Origin: Octopus vulgaris
Taxonomy: Eukaryota
Direction of reading: 5' to 3'
NCBI GenBank assembly: GCA_951406725.2
Contig: OX597822.1
Location: 14,818,001 to 14,882,000 of the forward strand
Length of the DNA stretch: 64,000 nt
Both the position numbers and the translations under genes were made by a program. The notes under the pieces were generated by a model, which saw only the letters and a program-made list of their open reading frames with translations, did no database searches and was not told the origin of the DNA. Of the stretch, positions 1 through 12,649 are shown piece by piece; within the stretch, counting starts at the first letter, position 1, and every line of letters begins with the position of its first letter.

Positions 1-412
1 GTTTTAGCCATTAGACTGCGGTCGTGCTGGGCTACCGGCTTGAAGAAGTTTTAGTCGGATAAACCGACGCCAGTACTTATTATATTTTTAAGCATGAGAC
101 TTATTCTATCGATCTCTTTTGCCGAACCGTTAAGTTACGGGGATGTAAGCACAGCAACACTGGTTATAATGTAGTGATGGGTGACAGACACACACGAAAA
201 CACACATACACACACACACTCTCTCTCTCTCACATGGATACACATACACAAATATATAGAGCGGGCTTCCCTTTACTAAATCCACTCAGAAAGACTTGGT
301 CGGTCCAAGACTATTGTAGATGACACTTGCCCAAGGTGCCACGCAGTGGGACTGAACCCGAAACCATGTGGTTGAGAAGCACGTCTCTTACCACACAGCC
401 ACTTTTGCGCCT
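1..412 (-). mobile_element. tRNA-derived SINE, family B (GGCGCAGGAGTGGCTGTGTGGTAAG head), cut by window start
   Basis: Reverse complement matches the full copy at 53096-53517: tRNA-like head, GGCACCTTGGGCAAGTGTC, internal (CA)/(TA) tract, 3' body. Confidence 0.85.
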
Positions 413-526
413 CTTTATATAGGTTTATGTGCATGTGTATTTGTGTTTGTGTTTGTAGGTATATATATATATATATATATAGATATATATATGTATGTAT
501 GCATATAATATATATGTATATATATA

Positions 527-1790
527 TTTTGGAAGAAGCTTCTAACACTGATGTCATATACCTTGATTGCAGCAAGGCATTTGACCGAGTGGACGACAAA
601 ACCCAGCTGAAGAAACTGTCCAACATTGGAGTTCGTGGAAAGCTGGTGCAGTGGATAAAGTGTTTCCTGACGAACAGAACGCAACACGTTGTGCTCGAGG
701 GAATACGATCCAGCTCAGCCAAAGTTAGTAAGTGGTGTCCTACAAGGTGCTGTGTTGGGCCCACTCCTCTTCATTATCTACATCAATGACATGGTGGACG
801 TCATCAAACATTCTACATTGAAAATCTTTGCAGATGATTCCAAACTCCAGAAAGCCATAAGCGGTATGGGAGACAGAACATGCCTTCAGTCGGATCTGTT
901 TACTGTTGTCCAATGGGCGGGAAAAAAACAATATGCTTCTAAATGAAGATAAGTTTAATTTGATCCACTTTGGGAAGGAGGTTACTCTGAAAGTAATATG
1001 TGCCCTTACCTCGGGTGACTCCCTAGTGTCTTCCAACAACACCACAGACCTTGGAGTAACTGTTGATAACAATTTAAGCTGGAGTTCCCATGTAAACACG
1101 AAGGTTGACGTGACCCGCAAGATGTGCTCCTGGATTCTAAGGACTTTCCGGTCTAGAGATGCCCATACTATCATCCTTCTCTACTCTACTTTTGTTTGAC
1201 CGACCCCGCCTTGAATACTGCTGCCCACTGTGGTGGTCTCTCCACACGAAGTAACTCATTATGAAAGTAGAAGTACTCCAGAGGTCCATAACAAGAAAGG
1301 TAGACGGCATGAGATGCATTGATTATTGGGGTCGACTAAGAAATTCAATCTCTACTCTTTCCAACGCCACCATCATTTGTGTGATGTGGAAAACATTCCA
1401 TCAATATTGCACAAATGATATTGGCATCAATTTTAAAATCCATTCAAAACTTGGCCCCCATGCTATACCCCCGCTACAAAATCGATCTCAGGCCACATAG
1501 CAACATTACGTCACAATTACTTTACCTCAACTGGTCCAGCTCCCTTTAATACCAAAATACGTCAAAACGGAAACGGTTCTCATAAAATACAAATGTTCAC
1601 TGGACAAATTTCTTCAAAAAATCCTAGACCAACCTCCTACACCCGGATATGTCTCCAACAATAATAGCTCTTTGTTAGAGTGGGCTATGGTGCCTCATGT
1701 ATGACTAAAACCCTTCCCCAGGTGGTGCTATTAAGTTAGACATGGCCTGGGCTTTTACTGGCCGAAACCTATCAAAGTTATCAAAATTAT
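527..1790 (+). mobile_element. 5'-truncated, frameshifted LINE reverse transcriptase remnant (CR1/L2-like) with 3' end
   Basis: Motifs across frames: DVIYLDCSKAFDRV, SGVLQGAVLGPLLFIIYIND, KIFADDSKL, DLGVTVDNNLSWSSHV, RPRLEYCCPLW. Ends in TATCAAAG-like repeats. Confidence 0.9.
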
Positions 1791-1848
1791 ATATGTATAC
1801 ATATATGTATACATGTATGTACATAGATCTATGTCTGTCTGTCTGTCA

Positions 1849-1942
<94 letters not shown>

Positions 1943-1969
1943 TAATATATATATATATATATAAATAGT

Positions 1970-2314
1970 AAAGGGGTAAAGACCCCCTTCGGTCATGAAT
2001 GACCATGGGATTGCACCTAGAAAGTTACCCTCCTAGACACAAGTCCGGGCAAGGTTGCTTATGGAAGACCAGCAGTCGCCCATGCATACCAGCCTCCCCT
2101 CTCCACGCCACCAGTGTTATCCAAGGGAAAGACAAATGTCGATACAGCTTGGCACCAGTGACGTCGCAACTCATTTCTACAGCTGAGTGAACTGGAGCAA
2201 CGTGAAATAAAGTGCCTTGCTCAAGAACACAACACCCAGCCCGGTCCGGGATTCGAGCTCACAACCTCACGATCGTAAGCTCGACGCTCTAACCACTGAG
2301 CCATGCGCCTTCAC
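1970..2314 (-). mobile_element. tRNA-derived SINE, family C (GTGAAGGCGCATGGCTCAGTGGTTAGAGCG head), full length
   Basis: A/B-box tRNA head. Homologous to 19066-19350 and 38699-38995. TATAAATAGTAA occurs on both flanks (probable TSD). Confidence 0.9.
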
Positions 2315-2600
2315 TATAAATAGTAATATATATATATATTCATACATATATATATACATGCGTATACATCCGTATGTGTGTGTGTGCGTGTGTGTGTGTG
2401 TGTGTGCGCGCGAGCTTGCGCGCGTATTTATAATGGATACACCCAAAGATACCCATCACGTTTCGGCAGTCTAATGAGTTAACTTTTTTTTTATACTTGC
2501 ATTTTCTTCCGTACTGAAATGTTTACTTCATGAAGAACCCAATGGAAGGCGCTTGGTTAAAGAAATGAATATATATTCAACTCTCAAACTTATTACTCCA

Positions 2601-3163
2601 TCTATCTATCTGTCTATCTAGCTGTCTATCTATCTATCTATCTATTTATTTTTTGTCTGTCTGTACCCCCCCCCTTGCATGCGTCTGTCCGTCTGTCCGA
2701 CACCCACCTGTCGGCCTGCCTGCCTGTCTGTCTATCTATCTGCTCATCCGTCTGTCTGTCTGTCCGTCTGTCTGCTCGTCTGTCTGTCAGTCCGTCCGTC
2801 AGCCCATCCGATCCTCCGTCGTCCGTCTTTCTGTCCGTCTGTTTGTCCGTCCATCCGTCCGTCTGTCCGTCTGCCTGCCCGTCCATTCTCCCTTCCGTCT
2901 GTGTCTGCTCGTCCATCTGTCTGTTTGCCCGTCCCTCTGTCCGTCCGTCTGTCTGTCCATCCGTCCGTTTGCCTGCCCGTCCGTCCGTTCCTCCATCCGT
3001 CCGTCTGTATGTCCCTCTATCTGTCTGTCTGTCTGTCCGTCCGTCCGTCCGTCCGTCCGTCCGTCTGTATGTCCCTCTATCTGTCTGTCTGTCTGTCCGT
3101 CCGTCCATCTGTCTGCCCGTCTGTCTACCCTCTATCTGTCCGTCCGTCCGTCTGTCTGTCTGT
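2601..3163. repeat. Compound (TCTA)/(TCTG)/(TCCG)n tetranucleotide array
   Basis: Direct reading. Explains the spurious long ORFs at 2638-3404. Confidence 0.95.
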
Positions 3164-3639
3164 GCTGCAGCGTCCAGTCGATTACCCTGACATTTCACGC
3201 AGCAATGATCGTAGAGATCCGATAATTCCACTTAAGTCAATGTATCTAAATTGTTTTGTCTTCGTCATAGAAAGACTCATTGATATTTCGGATAGATTTC
3301 TCGCGAAAAGGCCAATGGATGTCTATTTTCCTTTAAATAACAATGGCCGAAACATATCTCCATCAACGTTGCTGAACTTTTCATTAAACATGTCGAGGAT
3401 TTGAAGTAATATTGTCTGCTGTTTTGAAGTGTTTCTTTATCTGAATATCATTAAAGGCGGTGAATTGGTAAAATCATTATATCATCGTTATTTGTTCCGG
3501 CTGAGTGTGTATTGTTGACTGCGTTTAAACTCTGTTGAGGTCGATTTTGACTATCGTCCTCTTTGGGGTCAATAAATAAAGTCTCACACAGTGGAGGTGT
3601 TGTCTTCTCAATTGTTATGGAATTCGGGGCGGCGCCATC

Positions 3640-3920
3640 GTGATAGAAGGCGTGTATTGTACATTTTAAATTAGGGTCAGCCCACGTGTTGCACTCACAA
3701 TCGAAAAATCGTAGTTTCGATTCCGGAACCAGGCGGCACGTTGCATTCTTGAGCGAGTCGTTTCGTTTCACATTGCCGTATTCCACTCATCTGTACATGG
3801 GTAACAACCCTGTGACGGACTGGCCTCTTGTCCAAAAGGGGTGTTGTGATCTAGGCCACTTATATGCCATGGAATCCGAGTAGCCGGTCCTACGAGTCGT
3901 AGGACTCGAGACAGTGTTGT
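3640..3920 (+). mobile_element. Degenerate tRNA-derived SINE
   Basis: tRNA-like head remnant (TTCGATTCC B-box) and TTCTTGAGC...TTTCAC...CCACTCA.CTGTA body shared with other SINEs here. Confidence 0.55.
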
Positions 3921-4113
3921 TCACAGGTTGTTGTGGTTGTTGTTGTAGATGTTTATGATGTTGATGATGATGATGATGATCCCATCTCTCCCTAGGTCCG
4001 GACGTTGCCGAATTTTCAGAGAAAAGCTGTGAATAGGTGTACGAGCGAAAGAGAAAGATAGAGAGAGGATATAGAGTGAGAGAGGGGAGAGAGAGACAGA
4101 CAGACAGAAAGAA

Positions 4114-4176
<63 letters not shown>

Positions 4177-4529
4177 AGAACAGGGCCCTATGGAGGAGAT
4201 GCCTGAAGATTCTACCACCACCATCCAGCCAGGAATTGTGGGCGGAGAAGATGAATGGATAGTTAAGCAGGAATTATAATACGCCTGTTTTGGCAACGAG
4301 TATCACTTAAGCGTATAAGTTATCGTACCTAATTGAATCTCGTCTCACCCATTCGTTACGACGCGCCAATCTACAATCGTCACAAAGTTAATTAAACTTG
4401 TACATTTAATGTAATGATAGAAGTAAAGCTTAAGAGAAATAATAAGCGGGAAAATTATGAGCGGAGGGCAAAGTTAAAGATATTGTTACTAAGATAGTTT
4501 GCCTCAAAAACTTATAAGAGTGATTTCTG

Positions 4530-4970
4530 CAGGGAAAAGAGTTTGAGGTGAGGGAGAAATTCGATTACATCGAACCCAGTACTTGATTGGTACTTATTTT
4601 ATCGATTTTATCGACTCCGAAAGGATGAAAGCTAAAACTGACCTCAGTGGAATCTGAACTCAGAACACAGATAATCAAGGCGAATACTGGAAAGCGTTTT
4701 ATCTGACTCTCCACCCACGACTACCAAGGCGATAGAGGAGAGAATACAATAATGCCGTTTAAAATAGTAAAAGGCAGTGAGCTAGAAGAATCGTCGGACA
4801 AAATGCTTAGAGATATTTCTTCCGGCTTCTTACGTTCTGAATTCAAATTGTTGCCGACGTTAAATTTTCCTTTCATCCCTTCGGGTTCGATAAAATATAG
4901 GGCCAGCCGAGAACTTCATTCAATCTAACCAATTTATTCTCTGACCCTCAAAATTGATGGCCTTGAAATG
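4530..4970. mobile_element. Two degenerate family-A SINEs in opposite orientation (about 4530-4720 minus, 4775-4970 plus)
   Basis: TCGAC.CCGAAAGGATGAAAG and CCTTTCATCCCTTCGGG motifs plus the B-box region. Confidence 0.7.
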
Positions 4971-5097
4971 TGCTACAGCCCGGGGAGACGTTCAGGGGGA
5001 GTGTATTGTGATGTTGGTCATCTATATGCCATGGAGACCGGGTGGCCGGCCTTGTGAATCGTAGAGCTCAAAGGAAAGTAAGAAAGGAAAAAAATAC

Positions 5098-5865
5098 CTC
5101 CAATAGGTGGTCCGATCAGTGAGCCAATTCCTGTGAAGAACATGAGTAACCCGTATCCAGCTGGTAACTGTTCCACTCCTACCAAACGTACAACAATCGG
5201 TCCTTGGACGGATATATTAGCACCCGTATATAAACCCCAACAAACTGAAAACACAGCTTGCCCCAAATATGTTTGTGCGAATGTTTTGAAAAATAGTGTA
5301 CCAAATCCCAAAACCCCTGATGTACCAAAATATATCACAATGCTGTCAACATTAGAATCATTGGCAGTAATGCCACCCAACAGGCGCCCAAAAATGCTGC
5401 CGATTCCGGCAATGGACAATAAAAATGCAGCTTCGTATTTCGTATGCCCTGTAGAGTTTGAATAATATGGTAAACCTTGGGCGATGAATGTGTAGGCAAG
5501 ATTCCACCAAAGGATGCTCATGATATAGAAATCAAAGGATAAATTCCGGAAAATGGAAGGTCTTTGTGGAATGTTTTCTGCTGCTAAGTATTGTTGTTTT
5601 TTGAAATGTCTTTTCGATCTAATTTCCAATTGATTTGGGGCAATAAGAAGTCCAAAGGCGGAGAAATGCAAGCATACGGCGGAAATTAGCATTAAACCTC
5701 CTTGAAATTGATAGTAGTTGAAGATGTGTTGAATTGCTGGCGGGAAGACTACCATGGCTATACCAGCACCCGAAGTAGCAATACCAGCTGCAAAATAGAG
5801 TCGTTTCTTGAAATAATAACCGAGTCCAACAACATTCAGAGTATAGCAGAATCCATGGCCAATTC
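5098..5865 (-). CDS. Coding exon 3 of MFS monocarboxylate transporter (SLC16/MCT-like)
   Basis: 768 nt with AG acceptor (5866-5867) and GT donor (5096-5097), phase 1/1. Encodes YFKKRLYFAAGIATSGAG, FPP, AAFLLSIAGIGSIFGRL, GLLMFFTGIGSLIGPPIG, all typical of SLC16 TM segments. Confidence 0.93.
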
Positions 5866-6059
5866 CTAAAAGAAATAAGAAAAAAACATAATTATTTGAC
5901 AACTTACAACAGTTCCCGGCATTGCGTGCGTTTATAAATAACTACATAAAATCTCATCAATACCCTTCAGGTTGTCTTCAGGTTGCCTTGGAAGGTTGAT
6001 CCGCTTAGAATTATTCCATATAAACCACCCAGAATGCTTCTTCAAAATAAAAACAAAAT

Positions 6060-6250
6060 GGCTGTGGTACGTCGTTGGTTACGATGACGGGTGTTCCAAC
6101 AGACTAAATCAAAGGAACAGCCTTCCCGTAAAAATTTAAGTGCAGATGGATGAGCGCTTCACAGACAAAACGCACCCGTAATGTAGTTCTGAAAAAAATT
6201 CAGCGTAGCACAGTTTGTGACAAGGCCGACCCTCTACACTACAGGTAGAA
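6060..6250. mobile_element. Degenerate interspersed repeat (SINE body/tail), homologous to 42480-42660 and 42830-42990
   Basis: Shared GGTTACGA.GAC, GGAACAGCCT and CACAGACA...GTAGTTCT segments. Confidence 0.65.
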
Positions 6251-6280
6251 CTAATTTAAAATAAAATAAATATATATATA

Positions 6281-6884
6281 CCCCTACTCCACCTTCCCTA
6301 TCCTTCCCACCCCTTCCCCCCACTCCTCCCCTACACACCTCAACCCTATTCCACACCTCTCCCCCACATACCTCACCCATATCCCATACCCCTCCCCCAC
6401 ATACTTCACCTCTAACCCCACCCTCTACCTACCCACAACCCCCACTCTACCCCAACCCCTAGCCGAACCCACACACCCATCCCCACATCTCCACACCCAC
6501 ACATACATACACACACACACGTCCAGACCACCAACCTCCTTCACACGCACATACATACTCTCTTATACATACACGCACTTAATGCATTTTGTTTAACAGG
6601 GTCGTATTGGAAGTCACTTGACCCTGTTATCTCCCCTACTGTCCCTCTCGCGTCTGACCACTGTCCGAAGTCAGGACGCCATGATAGATCGTTAGCTCCT
6701 TCACGCATTTTTTTCTCTCCTTGTTTCTCTCCTTGTTTTTTTTCTGTGTATCTTTCTGTCGAAGAGCGTAGGCTCGAAACGTAAAAGACTTTTTCTATTT
6801 CTATTGCTGAGCGCTATACTAATACATTTGTTTGTTTGTACTCCACCTGCCTTCGTCATTTGTTTATTTTCGTAAACTTTCCCG

Positions 6885-6888
<4 letters not shown>
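6281..6888 (+). mobile_element. Solo 3' terminal fragment of the Penelope-like family (C-rich tract plus terminal repeat), ending at (TA)n
   Basis: 6600-6888 aligns by eye to the reverse complement of 34572-34870, the end of the PLE. Both are preceded by a pyrimidine-rich tract. Confidence 0.85.
6751..6788 (+). ncRNA. Minimal type-I hammerhead ribozyme-like motif (A6U core variant)
   Basis: TCTTT-CTGTCGA-A-GAGC(GTAG)GCTC-GAAA-CGT-A-AAAGA: 5-bp stem I, 4-bp stem II, palindromic ACGT stem III, GUA site. Confidence 0.75.
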
Positions 6889-6945
<57 letters not shown>

Positions 6946-7552
6946 ATTTTACTCAAATTGTTTTTCATTATTTTTTGGTGAACAACTTTCTTTTCTAAAA
7001 TAAAAATAATTAAAAGATATAATTTTACTAACTGATAATATTTTCCATTAATTATTGCAGTTCTAAGGGTTATACAAAGATTGTGACAATCTTTGCTGGT
7101 AATGTATAGGTTTCACTCAATCAAACTGTAACTGCCGTCAAGTTGTTTGGTGACCCAAGAAGAATTTTAGGGGACTCTGTGTTACGGCCAACTAGTTTTT
7201 CTACGTAGCTATTGTTGTTGTTGTCGTGTCATCTGTTTCAACATTCACTTATACAACCAGAAAATGGACAACAAAAACGCACAAATAATCTAATAACAAC
7301 ACATAAATTATAAAATTCCCGTTGAAAACATGTTGGCTGCTAAAGTGACAGCATCTACCGTCTGATAAAACATATCAACAGCGTTCATCCTCTTTCAAAT
7401 TATAATTATCGGATACTTTCCGTGCATTATTCTTTTTATTCCATAGTAAGCCATTCCTTAACTCATTTTTGCCAATAGTAATGAAAGGTAAAGTATTTTC
7501 CGTCCCTGTTGAGAAGATCCTGTGATTGGGGTGCCTCGCTTTATATGTCAAA

Positions 7553-7855
7553 CTAGCAGTATCGCCCGCCGTTGCTCGGGTTTGTAAGGGAAATAACTAT
7601 ATAAGCATTTTTAGAGAGTTATAGCCAAAAAATAGCAAAAAAATGCATTAAAAATGGAAAAAAAAATGATGGTAATTTTTTTTTTTTAAATCGTAGACTT
7701 ATCGTAGACGCGCGCTAATACCCAGAAGGGCTCGATATGAATCACGACTATAAGATACCCGGTTTTGGTTAAACTGCACCGCAAAATGTGGGAGTAGTTA
7801 GGAATCTAAATCGTAGGAGACAGACAGCACACAACCTTACTTTTATATATAAAGA
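7553..7855 (-). mobile_element. Non-autonomous Helitron (303 bp)
   Basis: Minus strand reads A|TCTTTATATATAAAAG...CCCGAGCAACGGCGGGCGATACTG-CTAG|T: 5' TC, 3' CTAG, subterminal GC-rich hairpin, A|T insertion, no TSD. Ends shared with 57043-57432. Confidence 0.85.
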
Positions 7856-7898
7856 TGAGCTAAATGCATAAAATATATAAAAACGGAGACCAACTTAC

Positions 7899-8042
7899 CT
7901 GCCACTACCCCGAATGTGATATATAGAATGTAGATATTTTTTATGAAAGCACTACTTAGTGATCCAATAAATACCAATAACCCGCCAAAGAATATTGTTG
8001 GTCGACAATGGAAGCGACTGACGACAAGACTAACCACTGGGC
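7899..8042 (-). CDS. Coding exon 2 of SLC16/MCT-like transporter
   Basis: 144 nt with TTTTAG acceptor and GTAAGT donor, phase 1/1. Encodes GPVVSLVVSRFHCRPTIFFGGLL...LYITFGVVAG. Confidence 0.93.
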
Positions 8043-8164
8043 CTAAAATAAAAAAAATATAGAATATGTGAAAACGGTACAAAGTAGGGATTATGATTTG
8101 TATTTAGGTTTGAATTATAATTAAATTGTTCCGATATAATAAATCTTCAGGAATTATTACTTCG

Positions 8165-8800
8165 AAAGCGGCGAGCCAACAGAATCATCAGAACGGTGGA
8201 AGAAAACCGCCTTGCAGCATTGCTCTGGATCTTTACATTAAGTTCAAATTCCCTCGAGGTCGACTTTCTTTTCTGCTCTAGGCACAAAACCCGAATTTTT
8301 TGTGGGGGCGGTGAAAGGCAAAGTCCACCTCTGCGGAATTTGAACTAAGAAGGTAAAGACAGACGAAATACCGCTAAGCATTCCGCCCGGCGCGCTAACG
8401 ATTCTTTTCTACTCCAGGAACAAAGCCCGAAATTTTGGGGGAGTGGGGTCAGTCGATTAGATCGACCCCAGAACGCAACTGGTACTTAATTTATCGACCC
8501 TGAAAGGATGAAAGGCAAAGTCGACCTTGGCAGAATTTGAACTCAGAACGTAACGACAGACGAAATACCTGTTTCTTTATTACCCACAAGGGGCTAAACA
8601 CAGAGGGGACAAACAAGGACAGACATAGGTATTAAGTCGATTACATCGACCCCAGTGCGTAACTGGTACTTAATTTATCGGCCCCGAAAGGATGAAAAGC
8701 AAAGTCGACCTCGGCGGAATTTGAACTCAGAACGTAACGGCAGACGAAATACCGCTAAGCATTTCGCCCGGCGTGCTAATGTTTCTGCCAGCTCGCCGCC
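8165..8800 (-). mobile_element. Cluster of family-A SINEs, including a multimeric copy with head at about 8800
   Basis: GCCAGCTCGCCGCC head and repeated GAAAGGATGAAAGGCAAAGTCGACCTCGGCGGAATTTGAACTCAG units. Confidence 0.85.
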
Positions 8801-9099
8801 GCCTTCCCTCGAGATGAACTTTGCCTTCCATTTCTCCTTCGGTGATGAAACAAAACATCAGTCAATACTGAGTTGGGGCTATCAGCTAACTCGCTTTCTT
8901 CAAAATTGCTGGTCTTCTGCATAAATTAAAGACCGTCATTAGTTATAAGTTACTTTATTTAGAAAATCCTATTAGCCTCATGAAATTACCGGTATTAACA
9001 TGAAACCAGTAAATATTTGAAACTAAATCGACCAAAGCAAAACAAAAAAACACCCTCAAATATAAAAAACTACGGGCCTTGTACCTAAACTGGTTTCAA

Positions 9100-9295
9100 A
9101 TTTTGGCACAAGGCCAGCAATTTCGGACAGGGTGTAAGTCGATTATATTCACCCCAGTTTTCAACTGGTACTTGTTTTATCGATCCCGGAAGGATACAAA
9201 GCAAAGTCGACATCGTTATAATTTGAAATCAAAGACAGACGAAATACTGCTAAGTATTTCACCCGGCGCGGTAACGATTCTGCCAGCTCGCTGTC
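9100..9295 (-). mobile_element. Degenerate family-A SINE
   Basis: Same head and central motif as 10394-10961. Confidence 0.75.
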
Positions 9296-9380
9296 TTTAG
9301 GCTGGTACTTTAATTACAAGCCATTTCTACCTGAATTCTTTATTTCGAAATAAAAATAAATACGTAGAAAGTACATTTAC

Positions 9381-9579
9381 CTATAACTTGAGAACATGCT
9401 ACATGAAGAGAGCCAAGCCAATCTACTTTGATGAGATCTTCTTTAAACTCGTCTAGAATGGCTAGTTTCATTATACCAGTACCATAGATAAACATTGCAG
9501 ATAACATCTGAATAAAGAAACTTGAGATTAACACCATCCATGCCCATCCTGTGTCAGGAGTGTTTCTTGACAAAGCCAT
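9381..9579 (-). CDS. Coding exon 1 of SLC16/MCT-like transporter
   Basis: ATG at 9579. MALSRNTPDTGWAWMV matches the SLC16 N-terminal PD-G-WGW-V motif. 199 nt, GT donor at 9379-9380, phase 1, splices in frame to exon 2. An acceptor at 9616-9617 implies an upstream non-coding exon. Confidence 0.92.
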
Positions 9580-10393
9580 TGTTAATTAACTTCTTAGAAA
9601 GTGAAATCGATAGCTCTGAAAAACAAAAACAAAAAAAAAATCAAATGAAAAATACGTATTATTGATGATGAATGAATTAACAAAGGTCCGAGGGTACCTT
9701 TGTGGATGTGGGTTCAGTTCCACTGCGCGGCAGCTTGAAAAATCGGAGTGAGAAAAAAGAAATGTGTTTGAGAAAAGAAAAACCAAAAACAAAGCCGAAA
9801 GACACTGGCGAAATATTAAGAGCGAGATGTGAATGCGGTTGTATCCTAAGAGGGAGTTGTGTGTGTGTAGAGGTATATAAGTGATGCGGGTCAGTGGGAT
9901 GAAAAATGTGTTTTGTTTCTTCCTTTTTCCTTTCTACACGCATGCATACATTCCAAAACACCACGCCCAAACACCATTCACCCCTTAGGCATATCTCAAA
10001 ATACGGATAATCTCCTACTCAAGCAGGCAACCGCTAGCCATTCTTTCTATCTTCTCCATAGGATTGCATTTTCATCTGGTTTCCAGCCCTTCACCCGTTA
10101 TTTTGGTTTTGACTAATTCTTTTTTCCTTTTTCACAGCCCTCCAATGCTTTTCCTTTCATGAAGAATCAACGTCCGAAATGTTAACATTCCCGCCATTCC
10201 TTTTAAGCATTATGCTAAAACTATATTTGCTAAAACGTGTTCCTCCTGCACTGCCTTTTGCTTAATCTTGTTACTTGCAGCTTAAGCTTTCGTAAGATCG
10301 CTTCAGGAAGCCAGCTCGACCTGCTCAGAATTCGATCTCTGAATCCGATGAGCTGGGGCTGAAGCAAACTGTTTTCAAGAACAATATAAGTAA

Positions 10394-10961
10394 AGGCGGC
10401 GAGCTGGCAGAATCGTTAGCACGCCGGGCGAAATGCTTAGCGGTATTTCGTCTGCGTTACGTTGTGAGTTCAAATTCCGCCGAGGTCGACTTTGCCTTTC
10501 ATCCTTTCGGGGTCGATAAATTAAGTACCAGTTACGCACTGGGGTCGATGTAATCGACTTAATACCTATGTCTGTCCTTGTTTGTCCCCTCTGTGTTTAG
10601 CCCCTTGTGGGTAATAAAGAAATAGGTATTTCGTCTGCCGTTACGTTCTGAGTTCAAATTCCGCCGAGGTCGACTTTGCCTTTAATCCTTTAGGGGTCGA
10701 TTAAATAAGTACCAGTTACTGGGGTCGATATAATCGGCTTAATCCATTTGTCTGTCCTTGTTTGTCCTCTCTGTGTTTAGCCCTTTGTAGGTAGTAAAGA
10801 AATAGGTATTTCGTCTGCCGCTACGTTCTGAGTTCAAATTCCGCCGGGGTCGACTTCGCATTGCATCCGATAAATTAAGTACCAGTTGTGTACTGAGGTC
10901 GATCTGAGGGACTGGACTCCTCCTTGAAATTCCTGGCCTTGTGCTTATAATAGAAAGGAAT
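10394..10961 (+). mobile_element. Family-A tRNA-derived SINE with three tandem internal units and a 14-bp TSD
   Basis: Head GGCGGCGAGCTGGCAGAATCGTTAGC and three GAGTTCAAATTCCGCCG units. AACAATATAAGTAA at 10380-10393 and 10962-10975. Confidence 0.92.
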
Positions 10962-11272
10962 AACAATATAAGTAACACTTCTTTCTTTCCTTTATCCACA
11001 CACACATACACACACACACACACACCTACGCGCGCGCACACACAAACATAGAGAGGATAGGTCTGTCGTCGAAAACGAGATATGGCTGTTTTTTAATGAG
11101 AAGAGAAGCGACCCCAGCAAACTTGAGGTAACGGGAAGGGGCCAGTCATTCAGACAAATGACAAAGTTGAACTGGGATGTCACAGCGTGCAAACACAAGA
11201 ATGGCGCGCACACACACAAACACATTGTCCATAGATAAAATCCTACAATATAGTATAGTTAATCTGTTTTCA

Positions 11273-11323
<51 letters not shown>

Positions 11324-11589
11324 GAAGCACACATATATAATACCTGTACATATATATTATATATATATATATACATGCATATATATATATATGTATATGT
11401 ACTTTCATCCTTTCGCGGTCGATAAATAAAGTACCAGTTTCACACTGGGGTCGATATAATCGACTTAATCCCTTTGTGCTTGTTTGTCCTCTCTATATTT
11501 AGCCCCTTGTGGGCAATAAAGAAATATATATATGTTTATGTATATATCTTTATTAAATTATATATATATATATTATGTATATGTGTATG

Positions 11590-11621
<32 letters not shown>

Positions 11622-11863
11622 AATACATAATATATATGTATACATATAACACACACATACACACACACACACACGCGCGCACACATATACATATATATAT
11701 GCGAACATAGTTTATATGTGGACAGTTAAAATTATTGCGCACATTTCTTCTTTCACTTGCTTAAACAACCTGTCAGCGTTTCGAGGAATTATTCTGTGAG
11801 TGAAAACATCCAAAGTATCGTAGCACATAGCAAATAATTGCCTGCGACATATATGTCAAAAGG

Positions 11864-11864
<1 letters not shown>

Positions 11865-11914
<50 letters not shown>

Positions 11915-11915
11915 C

Positions 11916-11949
<34 letters not shown>

Positions 11950-11950
11950 T

Positions 11951-12002
<52 letters not shown>
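11865..12002. repeat. (GATA)n followed by (GA)n microsatellite
   Basis: Direct reading. Confidence 0.95.
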
Positions 12003-12005
<3 letters not shown>

Positions 12006-12606
12006 TGAGAATGAGAGAGAAAATGAGAAAGAGAGGCAGAGATGGAGAATGCCAATTATTCTATAATACTTCAAATTTGAGCAAGCTGTGAAGGACTTAA
12101 TTAAATACACTGGGGAAATGTAAACAAACGTTTGCACCGTCTCTTTGTGACCGCGAGAAGTTTGCATAGATGTTTGCTTACATTATTTGTCTGAAGTATT
12201 TGATTACGCTCTGCAACCTATACGAAAAGTAGGACTACCACAATACACACACACACACACACATTCATATACTGTAGTATACGCGCACACATACACATAG
12301 ACACACACACACATGCATATACACATACACGCACATGTTCTGTATTTTGTATCTTTTATCTTGTACTTTCTTCAGTCACTGGACCGCGGCCATGCTGAAG
12401 CACCGCCTTGAAATGTTCAGTTGGACAAATTGATCCCTGTACTAATTTTGTCTTAAGTTTGCTAATTATTCTATCAGTCTCTTATTGCAAACCGCTAACT
12501 TAGGGGACTCTAAACTAAGCAACACTGGTTTTCAGGAGATGGAGGGGGACAACCACAAAGACAGACAGACAGAAACACAAACACACATACGTACATACAT
12601 GCATGA

Positions 12607-12645
<39 letters not shown>

Positions 12646-12649
12646 TATA

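Noticed and set aside
2235-2314. tRNA gene-like sequences here and at 38920-38995, 52487 and 53096
   Set aside because: They continue into SINE bodies and are SINE heads rather than tRNA genes.
2638-3404. Several 170-240 aa ORFs on both strands
   Set aside because: Translations of a TCTG/TCCG array that lacks stop codons.
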